Source of the DNA: Chiloscyllium plagiosum
Lineage: Eukaryota
Length of the DNA: 64,000 nt
Reading direction: 5' to 3'
Assembly: GCF_004010195.1 (NCBI RefSeq)
Contig: NC_057750.1
Span: forward strand, 1,159,768-1,223,767
Both the position numbers and the translations under genes were made by a program. Below, one piece after another: positions 48,193 to 60,678 of this stretch. Under the pieces are notes generated by a model. The model had not been told where the DNA came from. It ran no database searches and saw only the letters and a program-made list of their open reading frames with translations. The number at the start of each line of letters is the position of its first letter. The first letter of the stretch is position 1.

Positions 48193-50249
48193 AACCACTT
48201 GCCTGCAGGAATTAGATGCCAGAAATTCAGCGAATCACAAAATTTGATTCATGATTTACCATGGTACAGTAGGGGGCCATTCGGCCTGCAAGCTAGTCTG
48301 GGTCTATTGCCCAATGCCAATCTTCTGCCTTTTCTCCATATCCCTGCACACTATTTCTATCCAAATAATCATCCAATGCCCCTCTTGAATGCTTTAATTG
48401 GACCTACCTTCTACCCCACATTTCCACGCACTGCATTCTGGAATTAACCCATTGCTCATTAACCAATTACTGAGCAAAATAGTTTATCTCATATCACGCT
48501 TGCTTCGTTTGCATGTCACATTAAATCTTCGCCCCTCCCCCTCTTGTTTCTGTTTTGCTGTAAAGCACGTTTTATCAACACAAATTGGCTATAACGTGAT
48601 TCGCAAATAAAGAACACTTTCTAAAGTGCAAACATCTAAAATGTGTGTTGGCTATAACGCTCTTGCATTACCAACTCTTTAAGTGCTATTTTTATTGAAA
48701 GATTAGTACATAGTCCAAGGTCACACAAGAATGCAGCCATTGCATTATAGAAGAGCAAACTGTATGAATAGAAACAGCTTGACCCTGTTCACTCTGTCCA
48801 GCTCGCTCACGGTTTTGGACACCTCTCTCAGCTTTCTTCTCCCGGAGGGGAACAGCCCCCACTTCTTCAATCTATACTCAGATGTAAAGAACTACGTGAA
48901 ATCTGTACGTCAGTCACAAGCGGTGGGCACCATTTACTAACAGTGAGCATAAAATCCAGGTTGCTGTCGAAGATCTGCCCTCATGCCATAACCTTGTCAC
49001 ATCATCATCTTCCCACCATACAATCACCAACTGTGGGAATGCTGTAATAAACCGGTTGGATGCTGCTAATCCTATCACCTCAATCCTTCCTTGACCCTGG
49101 ATCATGTACAGGGCAGGGATGAAGCCCTGGGCTGTCCTGAATGATTCATCTTGTCTTTCAAATTTGTCTCAATCTCCTTCCAAAACTATACTGAAGCTGT
49201 TTTATTTTGGAGTGAGCTGACAGAGGGTGGATCCAGATGGGTGTCACTTTGAGAACTGAGCCCAGGATTCCTCCTTCGTTTCCTCACAGAGGGTTATCCA
49301 TTTCGACTGACTCCAGAACAATAAACTCTTCAGAAGACAGTCCCTTTCAATGTGAATGAACCTCATAGAAAGTGGAGGAAGAGTGGGCCATTCAGCCCTT
49401 CGAACTGCTCCACTATTCAATATGATTGTTGCTGATCCCCATCCCCAATCCATATTCCCAGGAAACTTGCTCCACCCTCCCCCATACTCACTTCCCCATG
49501 CTTATCCCAGATTCCTGATATTTTCAGCTCTTCAAAGGAGGATGTTTATATGGGAACAAACAGCCTCCTCTGAACAGTAGGATTCGATCCCCTTGCTTCG
49601 ACATTTTCACAAAAAGGCTGACTTCAAATCAGGAATAAATCAGTAGTGGGATGCATTTCAGGAATTCTACAGGATTCCAAGATAAACCTTTGCAGTTTTC
49701 AAGCCAATGTACTTCTCCATAATGCAGCATCTGCAAATATGAGTTTGTATTAATTTTTAATGATGAACATGATAAAGGAGAATTAGAAAGGCGCAAAATG
49801 GAGTTGAACATTTTAAGTTCATATTTGAGTACAATTAAAATTGCAATTGTTTTAATTTCCATAAGAGGACAATGTATTTTTAGGATTTCAAGCTTTGAGG
49901 AACTCTGGCTACTTGCAGTCATTAGCTGACCAATGAGAATTGTAGATCTCCTGATGTTTTGTTTTGTTTTGTTTTGAAGGAAGAACAATAGGACACCCAC
50001 GGTGTTACCTCCTGACTGATGTTAATGCCTTCCTGTGCCCATGGATAACAATCCACCTATAACACCTTGTCCTTTTCACCATCTCTCCCAAAAGTGCCAA
50101 CTTGCACAGGTTCACCACACCACATGCTTGAGCAAGACTGTAGTCAATGTATTGCTCTCTTGATGCCTACGCCTGCATACATGTAGGAACCTCGGATTAG
50201 CCAGTAGGAAACTCTTGTTGCTTTCTCATCCCGTTATTCTGACAGCAAT

Positions 50250-52435
50250 GAAAGAAAGCAAAGAGATCTTGCATTTTGATAGCACCTGCCAAGAACTCAG
50301 CACTTTGCAGTTTGTTCTACAATCAGTGAAGTACTTTTAGGGTGTAGTCATTGCTGGAAAGTAGGCCACACAGCAGCTGGTTGATGGTCCCACAGACAGC
50401 CGTGCAATAACGGCCTAACAAACAGCTTTCTCTTTGGTCATTCACAGATGTGAGTGTCGCTGTCTGGGCCCAGCATTTATCGCCCCTCTCCAGTTGCCTC
50501 CTTGAGAAGGTGGTGGTGAGCTACCTTCTTGAACCACTGCATTTGCTGCAGGTAGACCCACAATGGCATTAAAGATTTTGTCCGGGAAGGAACGGTGATA
50601 TATTTCCAAGACAAGATGGTGAGTGGCTTGGAGGGGAACTTGCAGGGGGTGGTGTTCCCATGTATCTGCTACCCATGTCCTTCTAGATGGAAGTGGTCAT
50701 GGGATTGGAAGGTGAGATCTGAGGATCTTTGCTGAGTTCCCGCAGTGCATCTTGTAGATGGTACACACTGCTGCTCCTGAGCGTCAGTTGGAGAGGGAAT
50801 CAATGTTTGTGGATGTGGTGCCAATCAAGCAGGGGCTGCTTTGTCCTGGATGGTGTTGAGCTTCTTGAGTGTTGTTGGAGCTGCCCCATCCAGGGCAAGT
50901 GGGAAGTATTCTCTCACACTTCTGACTTGTGCCTTGTACATGATGGACTGGCTTTGGGGGAGGGGGGGGGGGGGGTCCAGGAGGGGAGTTACTCACTGTA
51001 GGATTCATGGAAACATAGAAAGTAGGTGCAGCAGTAGGCCATTCAGCCCTTCGAGTCTGCACCATCATTCAATCTGATCATGGCTGACCATGCAATCTCA
51101 TTAACCCATTCCCACCCTCTCCCCATGCACCTTGATCCTTTCAGCCCCAAGAAACATGTCCAGCTCCCTCTTGAATCTATTTAACAAACTGGCCCCAAAT
51201 AGCTTCCTGTGGAAGAGAATTCCACGGGTTCCCAACTCTTTGAGTGAAGAAATTCTTCCTCATCTCAGTGCTGAATGGCTTCCTCCTTATTCTTAGATTG
51301 TGACCCCTAATTCTGGAGTTCGCCAACATCAGGAACATTCTTCCCACATCTAGCTTGTCCAGTCCTAGCCTTTTACCTGCTCTTTAGCCATTGTGTTTAT
51401 AATTGTGCTGGAGTATAATCCTGCAGCTGGCAGATTGGTAAGGATGAGGTCAAGTATGTTTTTCCATCTTGTTGGTTCCCTCACCACCCCCCGCAGACCC
51501 AGTCTAACAGCTGTGTCCCCCACCAGCTCACTCAGTAATACTGGTGCCGAGCCACTCTTGGTCATGGACATTGATATCCCCCACAGAGGGTACAGTTTGT
51601 CTTCTTACCATCTTCAATGCTTCCTCCAAATGTTCAACATGAAGGAGTACTGATCCATCAGCTGAAGGAAGATGGTGTGTGGTCATCAGCAGGAGATTTC
51701 CTTGCCTGTGTTTAACTTGAAGCCACGAGACTTCATGGGATCTAGAGTCAATGTTGAGGACTCCCAGGGTAACTCCCTCCCGACTGTATCCCACTGTGCT
51801 GCCCCATCCTGCTGGTGGGACAGGACTTATCCAGGGATGGTGATGGTGGTGTCTGGGACATTGTCTGTGAGGTATGATTCCGTGAGTATGACTGTGTCAG
51901 GTTGTTGTTTGACTAGTCTGTGAGACAGCTCTCCCAATGTTGGCATCAGACCCAGCTGTTAGTGAGGAGGACTCTGCAGGGTAGGCAGAGCTGTTTTTGC
52001 CATTGTCTATTCTGGTGCCCAGGCTGATGCCAGGTGCTCTGCCCTATTTCATTGCTTTTTTAAGACTTTGTTGTGGTTTAATATGACCAGTGGCTTACTT
52101 GGCCATTCCAGAAGGTGGTCAACAGTGCGGCGCTGGAAAAGCACAGCAGGTCAGGCAGCATCCGAGGAGCTGGAGAATCGATGTTTCGGGCATGAGCCCT
52201 TCATTTCAGAAGTTGGTTGAGAGTCAAACCGCATCACTGTGGGTCTGGAGTCACATGTAGGTCAGACTGGGTAGAAACAGTAAATTTCTTTCTGTGAAGG
52301 ACATTAGGGAAGGAGATGGGGTTTTTTTCAACCTCTGCTTTGTTGCTTGAGGGATAAACATTGCTCAGCAGATTGAGATGAACTTCTCAGAATTAGTGCT
52401 GCCTGAGCTTTGGCCTCTACCAGAGAGCACAGACA
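50250..52435 (-). mobile_element. DeuSINE-like remnant (50250-50435, 52340-52435) hosting a nested LINE
   Basis: Reverse-complement tail ttgcattttgatagcacc...gaagtactttt; continuation ttgagggataaacattg after the insert. Confidence 0.45.
50440..52330 (-). mobile_element. Internally deleted non-LTR retrotransposon (CR1/L2 group) with APE endonuclease remnant; partner of SINE family B
   Basis: Minus strand HEVSWLQVKH...VGDINVHDQEWLG...VVREPTRWKNILDLILTN joined almost directly to RT C-terminal INTMAK...; contains a CR1 tail (51005-51364) and a family 1 fragment (52120-52205). Confidence 0.75.
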
Positions 52436-53227
52436 GTCTAATCAGAAACACACATGGGAAAACGTGGACAAAATCTAAAGCCAAATCATGATTATGAGAC
52501 TGACAACTGACAATGAGAGATTCACGAATTCTGTTAGCTTTCTGTCAAACCCTCCTGCAAGCGAATGCAGCATTAAATAAGTACAAACCCATGAATACAC
52601 AGTGGTAGTGAGTATCACACGCATGAAATATGAAAACTTAACATGAAGAATTTCAGAACAAGACATGGCCTTTGAGTTCCTTGAACCTATTCTGTCATTC
52701 TACTTTACACGAACTGTATCGAATAGCGACCAGAGGCTGTGAAGGGTCTGTAATGGAGTCTTTATATTTTCCTGCTGCTGACAATGTGTGTGTAGCCCTC
52801 TGTTTTCCTTTCTGATTTGTGGTTTACATCTTTAACAATTCATGATATGCTGGATTAACCACCTAAAGGGAATGACAATTCACTCTTGCTTCCTAATTCT
52901 ACCAGTGCTGTGTGACCTTTAAAATAATGCTTGATCAAATCTACAAAACCGACATCTTGTTGACTTCTTCACCTCATTAATCAACTCAGCAAGATCCACA
53001 TTAAACATTGTGACTGAGGCTTTAAGTTAAAATTGACCTTTGTTTCTGGCATGTAAATAATCGAAGGCAGTTTGTTGGTAACGCTGGCGCTTAGTCTTTG
53101 TGTATGAGAATGGCAGCCTTTTAGAGCTTATGTAACCATTCAAAGTAACTCAAACAGAGACAGCAGCAGAGTTTCCCCATCAGGAACCCATCTTCAAGCC
53201 CTCAACAACTCACTCACTAAGCTTTGA

Positions 53228-53555
53228 GTGGCACAGTGGCTCTGTGGTTAGCACTGCTACCTCCAATGGTAGGGACCCGGGTTCAATTCCAGCCTCAGGC
53301 GACTGTGTGGAGTTTGCACATTCTCCCCGTGTCTGCGTGGGTTTCCTCCGGGTGCTCTGGTTTCCTCCCACAGTCCAAAGATGTGCAGGTTAGGATGAAT
53401 TCACCATGCTAAATTAACCCATAGTGTGCAGGTTAAGTGAGCTAGCCAGGGTAAGTGTAGGGTTACAGGGATAGAAAGGTGGGTTTGGGCAGAATGCTCT
53501 TGTGTGGATGTGATGGACCCAATGGCCTACTCCCGCACTGTAAGGATTCTATATT
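53228..53555 (+). mobile_element. HE1-like V-SINE
   Basis: Head, V-domain, tail. Confidence 0.85.
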
Positions 53556-53669
53556 AACCATCAATTTGTACATGTCTTTATTCCTCTCTGCTTCCCACCC
53601 ATTCCTGTCCCCAGCTGTGATACTGGGTTGATTTCTGTAATCCATGCCCTGAATGCAAACAGACACAAT

Positions 53670-53930
53670 CATCACTCAAGTTGCAACCTCTGGTCACTAT
53701 TTTGTCACACTGTTTGTCTGATGCCCAATGCTGAAATGAGCAGACATTTCCTCCAATTAAATGTTGGAAAGATCAAAGCCATTGTTGCTTGTCTCCACCA
53801 CAGACCATGGTACCAAGCGACCATTTCCATTTCTGTCCAGGGGCTGAATCAGACAGTTTGTAATCATGGTGTCATTGTTAGTCCCATAGTGAGCTCTCAG
53901 TCACAGCTCTGTAGCATCATTATCACTGCC
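53670..53930 (+). mobile_element. L2-like LINE RT fragment
   Basis: MSRHFLQLNVGKIKAIV resembles the L2 WMxxNFLQLNxxKTE motif. Confidence 0.55.
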
Positions 53931-54029
53931 AGCTGTGGGATTCGGAGACAGAAAGATACTGTCCCCAGTATCTCATTCCTTCCACTGGGTCTCAGGGTCT
54001 CATTGTTTTACAGTATTAGAGGATGAACG

Positions 54030-54495
54030 ACTAGAACATAGAACACAGCTCAGAAACAGGCCTTCAGGCCACCATCTTTGTACCATCCATGATGCCATTC
54101 TAAACCAATCGCATCTGCTTGCACTTGGTCCATATCCCTCTATTTTCAACCTGTTCCAGTGTCTGTCTAAATGTCTGTGAAATGTTGCTGTTGTATTTGC
54201 TTCTACCATCTCCCGTGACAGCATGTTCCAGGCACCTACCACCCTCTGCCTCACACATGGAGTCATAGGCTCATAGAGCTGCCCAGCATGGAAACAGACC
54301 CTTCGGTCCAACTCGTCCATGCCGACCAGATATCAGAAAACAATTTAGTCCCAGATGCCAGCACTTGGCCCATATCCCTCCAAACCCTTCCTATTCATAT
54401 ACCCATCCAGATGCCTCTTAAATATTGCAATTGTACCAGCCTCCACCACTTCCTCTGGCAGCTCATTCCATACACACACCACCCTCTGTGTGGAA
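54030..54495 (-). mobile_element. Two adjacent CR1 3' tails
   Basis: QRVVGAWNML; catatccctccaaacc. Confidence 0.8.
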
Positions 54496-55194
54496 AAGGG
54501 AACCTTAGTATGAAGTTACTTTTATCCTAACAAGATAGGATGGCGATTAGGTACAGGTTACATGAACTTACTTTGCTACCAGTATTTTACCTGACTTTCC
54601 TTGTTGAAGTAGTGCAGTGGTAGTGTCCCCACCTCTGAGCCAGTAGATGTGGGTTCAAATCGCCCCTGCTCCGATGGTTTATCATAACATTTCTGAACAG
54701 ATCAATTCAAAATATCGACTGTAGTTTGTTACAAATCGAATGCGGAGAACTGTGGGAAACGCTCTGAATTGTGGGTGTTATTACTGCCCAGATTTCCTTC
54801 CCGAAAGGGGACTGGTGATCCAGATGGGTTTTTATAATTGCTGTTGGGTCCGTTTTGTTTTAATTGAATTCATATTCCACTATTGGACATGGTGGAATTT
54901 GAACCCACATCCAGAACACAACAACCTGGTATTCCAGATTCCAAGCCCATTGACATTACCATGACACCTTACCTCCCCCTCCTCTCTCCCTCCCCCTTCC
55001 CCTCCCCCTCCCCCTCCTTGTTGCAAAGACCATGACTTAATGCTTTTGTGACTTTTAAACTCAAGCATTCCAGTAGACCCTGACTAGGCTTCCTTATTCT
55101 ACCCCAAGTTATCCCAGAGTCTGCTGCCTGTGTCCTTACCTGAACCACGTACCAATCGCCCATCACCTCCATGCTCAGCAACCTATATTGGCTC

Positions 55195-55810
55195 ATCATA
55201 GAATCAGAGAGTCTTACAGCTTGGGAACAGACCTTCGGTCCAACCAGTCCATGCTGACCATAATCCCAAACTAAACTAGTCCCACCTGCCTGCTCCTGGC
55301 CCATATTCCTCCAAACCTTTCCTATTCATGTCCTTATCCAAATGTCTTTTAAGCATTGGAACTGTACCCACACCCAGCACTCCCTCAGGAAGGTCATTCC
55401 ACACGCTAACCACCCTCTGTGTAAAAAATTTGCTCCTCATGTCTTTTTTAAATCTCTCTCCTCTCACCTTAAACATTTGTCCCCTAGTCTTGAAATCCCC
55501 CATCCTAGGGAAAAAAAACCCATTAACTCTATCTATATCCTTCATAAGTTTACAAGGATGCCTCTCAACCTCCAATGCTGCAGTGAAAAAGTCCCAGCCT
55601 CTCCAGCCTTTCTTTATAACTCAAACCTTCCATAGCCAGCAATATCCTGGTAAATTTCTTCTGAAGCCTCTCCAGCTTATTAATCTCCTTCCTATAACAG
55701 GGCGACCAGAACTGGACACAGTATTCCTGAAGAGGCCTCACCAACATTGTGTGAAACGTCAACATGACTTCCCAACTCCTACACTCAAAGGACTGAGCAA
55801 TGAAGGCAAG
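55195..55810 (-). mobile_element. CR1 LINE 3' fragment inserted in an L2-like remnant (55085-56050)
   Basis: LVRPLQEYCVQFWSPCYRK; FFTQRVVSVWNDLP. Confidence 0.85.
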
Positions 55811-57425
55811 CTGTCTTTGATTCTCATTGCTGTTTCTAAATTCCTCCATGGTCTCCCCCGCCCCGATCTCTGTGATATTCCCCAGTCCCGAGTGTTCTGC
55901 ACTCCTCCATTTCTAGCCTCTGGTGTATTGTTGATTCTAACCCTCCTCCATTGGGTGACTCTGCCTTCAGCTGCCTGGGTCCGAAGCTCACACTTACCCC
56001 ACCGCACAAACCTCTCCCTGCACCTTCAAAATACACTCACTTCCTTTGGCTAGGTCTTGTTGGAGCCCATTCAGAAGATTTCTGACAGATGGAATTTTGA
56101 GGGAGCCAAGAGAAAAGTCCAAAAATCCAGACCCAGCAAATGTGTGAAAAATGTGTGACTTGATTCAGTGAGACACCCCTTTCAATGCCTTGATGTTGTG
56201 GAGCACATTGAGAAGCTTCTCTACAGAAACTCAGAGTGACTCTCACTTGCCCGGATGTCACTATTGCAGAATTAGATTACATCCCATGGATGCTGCCTGA
56301 CTTCCAGCATTATTGCAGAGTTACTGGTGCAGGACTTCAGTTTATCACAGACATTATCCTCCTGCAGGATCAACTGACAACAACAACACAACTGGAGTTT
56401 TGTAACATCTCAATTCGACTCATTGCAATTTCATTGCAACTCCCAAAGAGTCTTGGAGTTAAATGTTGTTTGAGGGCACTCCAGTGAAGGGCCTGGCATA
56501 TTTCATTATGCAAAGATACCCAAGCTCTTGCTGTACGGTATTTAAATGATCAAGTTCAGATAATACAGATATTTCAAAGATTTTGATGTAACCTCAATGC
56601 TGTTTATTAACATTATAAGCAAACTGCAAATAACCTGACACTAATTGGCAGTTAACCACGGAAACTCATTTCAGTCATAGTTTGGCTGAAGTTTGAAAAG
56701 GAAATATGACATTGATACAGCAAGGATTAAAGTGTATTATTAGAGTCAGCAGAGAAGTTGCTGCTGCCCTCGAGCTGTAAGGACACTAGACACGAAAAAT
56801 ATTTAATTCCCAACTTCTCCATCATTCTCTCAGGAAAGACTCAACATTCAGAATGGATGAAATGAACCATCTGCAGAGATATCACATCAAGATGTAAACC
56901 CTGCTTTTAGATCTAACTGAAGGGACTTATCTATATGCTATCTATGAGATGCTAAATAGTCCCTGCCTTGTTTAAAAATGTGGAAATGAGATATCGATGT
57001 GAAATATACAATACCCCATGGCAGATCGCCTGAGGACTGCAGCAGAATGACAATGCTACATAATTAGCATGGCAATTCCTCACATTAATACTGCTCACAG
57101 CTTCTCATTAATCAGTTGACCCTCATGAACAGACCATACCTCATGTTATAGTCAATTTGCACTTTCCTAATTAAGGAATAGACACCAGTATTCCACAGTC
57201 TGGAATCCCCAATATCATTCTGTGCAAAAATTTTGAATGACAAATTAAACAGAGACGCACCAGTCCACTGCACAGATTTTACTGAAACTGGTTTGGTGAC
57301 TAAATAAGGAGACAAATGGCTTGGTGTTGATTGACAGGTTTAAAAGAAGCTGGGTTCATATTTATTTCTCAAAGTGAGTTGACGATATAAGAGAGATTAT
57401 TAAAATGTCTTACTTTATTTTCAAG

Positions 57426-57501
57426 GGAGATCAGAGAAGGAAAGAAGAAATCATCTGTTTAAGGAACACCTTTGTCGTCAGCTGAAACCTCCCACCGGAG
57501 A
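57426..57501 (+). CDS. Weak candidate exon G (RSEKERRNHLFKEHLCRQLKPPTG), phase 1->2
   Basis: Acceptor cttactttattttcaag, donor GA|gtgagc; phase fits exon F; alternative acceptor at 57481. Confidence 0.2.
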
Positions 57502-57897
57502 GTGAGCAGCAAGGAGAACGCATACAACAGATCACAGGAAGGACATTTTCACATGAAGGCTGTGTGTCTGAAAGATCTGCAGGGGAGGGAGGGACGGCCG
57601 AGTTCTCACAATCACAAATGTACTTGAAGGAGCTCAGAGATAGCGGAAACAATTCTCCCTGGAGAGGAGCGGAGCATGGGGTGTGAGTTATACAGATGCA
57701 GTAAGGTCAGATAAACACCATGCTGAGCTCAGATACTGGTTTCACTGGTGACATGCCTTTTTTCATAGAGGGTGAGTTACAAGTTTTCAGAGCAGCTTTT
57801 GATGGATCAAGAAATTTAGAATCACTCTCAATCTGCCAGTTTGTTTAAATTGCTGGACTTAAATTTAAGAAGCTGCTTCTTACATCCAGGAGCTACA

Positions 57898-58240
57898 GGT
57901 AGCATCATGGCTCAGTGGTTGGCCATGCTGCCTCACAGCACCAGGGACCCGGGTTCAGTTTCAGCCTTGGGTGACTGTCTGTGTGGTGTTTGCATAATCT
58001 CCCCATGTCTGCATGGGTTTGCTCCGGGTTTCCTCCCACAGTCCAACAATGTCCAGGTTAGGTGAATTGGCCATGCTAAATTGCCCAGTGTTCAGAGATG
58101 TGTAGGTTAGGTGTATTAGTCAGGAGACAAGGAGACCAATTGTGTACGGGTAATGCGTCTAGGTTGGATACTCTTCAGAGGGTCGGTGTGGACTTGTGGG
58201 TCCAAATGACCTACTTCCACACTGTAGAGATTCTATGATG
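57898..58240 (+). mobile_element. HE1-like V-SINE
   Basis: Head, V-domain, tail. Confidence 0.85.
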
Positions 58241-58334
58241 AATTAGTTGAAAAGAACGCTGTTCTGGTAATTTCAATAGCTCTTTGTTGTCATAACCGAA
58301 AGTGCTATCATCAGAGCATTATCACTTTTTTTTA

Positions 58335-58627
58335 GATTAGATTAGATTACCTACCATGTGGAAACAGGTCCTTTGGTCCAACCAGTCCACACCGACCCTC
58401 CGAAGAGTAACCCACCCTGACCCATTTGCCTCTGACTAATGCACCTAACATTATGGGTGATTTAGCATGGCCAATTTACCTAAAACTGCACACCTTTGGA
58501 GTGTGGGAGGAAACCCACACAGACACAGGGAGAATATGCAAATTCCACACAGACAGTCACCCAAGGCTGGAATTGAACCTGGGTCCCTGGTGCTGTGAGG
58601 CAGCAGTGCTAACCACTGAGCCACCGC
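58335..58627 (-). mobile_element. HE1-like V-SINE
   Basis: Reverse complement of head and tail. Confidence 0.85.
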
Positions 58628-59219
58628 TCTTGCAACTTATCACAGCATTGGTGAAAGACAGACTTTCAATTCTTGCTTTGATTGACAGTTTGAAGAGAAT
58701 ATTGAAGGATTAACTGACCTTCATGTGGGTTTATGAATATTAAGTTTTAAATCTTTTTATTGACTTTTTATTGGTGGTTAATTGATTTCAGTGAAATGTA
58801 AATATTCATGGAGGCCCAACAAGAGAAAGACTTTATCTTACTTTATTTGAATTGATCCTAAATTGGCGCTGGGGAGAAATAGTATCGTGGTGATAGGCGA
58901 ATGAGCATGAGTGGACATATGTGGGTGGGAGGGGTCTGGCGTGGGGAATTAATAGTTAAGAAAACACTGGGATTTGCTCCCAGAAGACCTTGCAAATAGC
59001 CAACCTGAACACTCTGCAGCCATTGTGCCCCACATCTAAGCATCAACAGACCCAACTCTATCCCAACTCCTGCTCTCCACACCCTCTGCAGCCCAGAACA
59101 TTCCGGAGATTTCCTGGATCTGTGCACTCACTTCAGAATGACGATCCAGGCCAGAGACCTACGTTATTTAAACTCAATCAGATCCCAACCGAAAAGGACT
59201 ATTTACTAGGCCAACACCT

Positions 59220-59640
59220 GGATTGTCTTATGAGGAAGGGCTACGTAGGCTAAGCCTGTGTCCCCTGGAGTTTAGAAGGGTCAAAGGTGAATTCACTGAA
59301 ACATACAAGATCCTGAGGGGTCCTGACCATGAAATTGTGGAAAGGAAGTTTTGTCTCGGTGGGAGAATCTACAACTAGCTGTCACTGTTTAAGAATAAGT
59401 GGGATCCCATTTAAAATGGAGTTGAGAATCATGAGGATCATGAATCTTTCCTCAAAAGGCTGTGAATGTAGAAGCCTCAACTATTTGTAAGCTGGGAATG
59501 GATAGATAGATTCTCGATGACCAAAGGGATTGAAGATTCTTGGCAGTATGCGGGCATGTAAGGTTGAGGTTAAAATCAGATCAGCCATGATGTTATTGAA
59601 TGGGGGAGCAGACTTGAAGGGCCGAGTGGCCTTCTCTTGT
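59220..59640 (+). mobile_element. Old CR1 3' fragment
   Basis: ctggagtttagaagg...gaaacatacaagatcctgagggg...gatcagccatgat. Confidence 0.7.
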
Positions 59641-59884
59641 ATGACTGGTTGTGGTTTGGCAGCTGGGCAGATGGGTGATTCTCAGGAGGTGGGAGTTAGT
59701 TGGGTAATTGACCAAGGATATGGGCTGGGCCCAACCAGCAATGCCCACATCCCAGGAATGAAAGAACCCGAAAGCACTACTAAATGTGGCCACCAGCAAC
59801 CATTTGCAATCTATGGAGGGGCCCTGATATCAATGAAGATAGAGATGGGAATGGCATTACTCTTTCCAAAGGGAGTGATTCTGG

Positions 59885-60115
59885 GGAATTCCTGACCACG
59901 GAGAGCTGCCGAGGATGGGAATTCCTGACCACGGAGAGCTGTCGTGGATGGGAATTCCTGACCACAGACAGCGGTCGAGGATGGGAATTTCTGACCATGG
60001 AGAGCTGCCAAGGATGGGAATTCCTGATCGCGGAGAGCTGCCAAAGATGGGAATTCCTGACCACGGAGAGCTGCCGAGGATGGGAATTCCTGACCACAGT
60101 GAGCTGTCGAGGATG
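59885..60115 (+). repeat. 33-bp minisatellite, 7 copies, continuous with a CR1 tail (to ~60295)
   Basis: (GGAATTCCTGACCACGGAGAGCTGCCGAGGATG)7 then ggtcattgagtatattgaaggctgag. Confidence 0.9.
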
Positions 60116-60351
60116 GGTCATTGAGTATATTGAAGGCTGAGAGAGAGAGAGATGTTTAATCAGGAAGGGAATGGGGGGGTTATGGGGAAAAGGCAGGAAA
60201 GTGGAGCTGAGAATGATCACATCAGCTTTGATCTCATTGAATGATGGAGCAGAGTTGATGGGCTGAATGGCCTATGTTTCCTCAGCCTTATAGTCTCATT
60301 GCCTCCCAAAACCCCTTCATGTTTCTTTCCTTCCACTGCAGGTTCTGGCTC

Positions 60352-60678
60352 TAGATTCATAGAACCCCCACAGCATGGAGCAGACCATTTGCCCCATCAA
60401 GTCCACACCAAGCCTCCGAAGAGCATCCCACCCACACCAACCCCCTATCCTATAACCCTGTATTTCCATGGCTATACATCCCTGGACACCATGACCAATA
60501 CACTGTAACCTGCACTTCTTTGGACTGTGGGAGGAAACCGGAGCACCCGGAGGAAACCCACGCAGACACGGGGAGAATGTGCAAACTGCACACAGACAGT
60601 TACCCAAGGCTGGAAGCGAACCCAGGTTCCTGGTGCTGTGAGGTAGCAGTGCTAACCACTGAGCCTCCGTGCCACCCT
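60352..60678 (-). mobile_element. HE1-like V-SINE
   Basis: Full reverse-complement copy. Confidence 0.9.

Noticed and set aside
55328..56053. Longest ORF (241 aa)
   Set aside because: Antisense reading of a CR1 fragment running into an L2 remnant.
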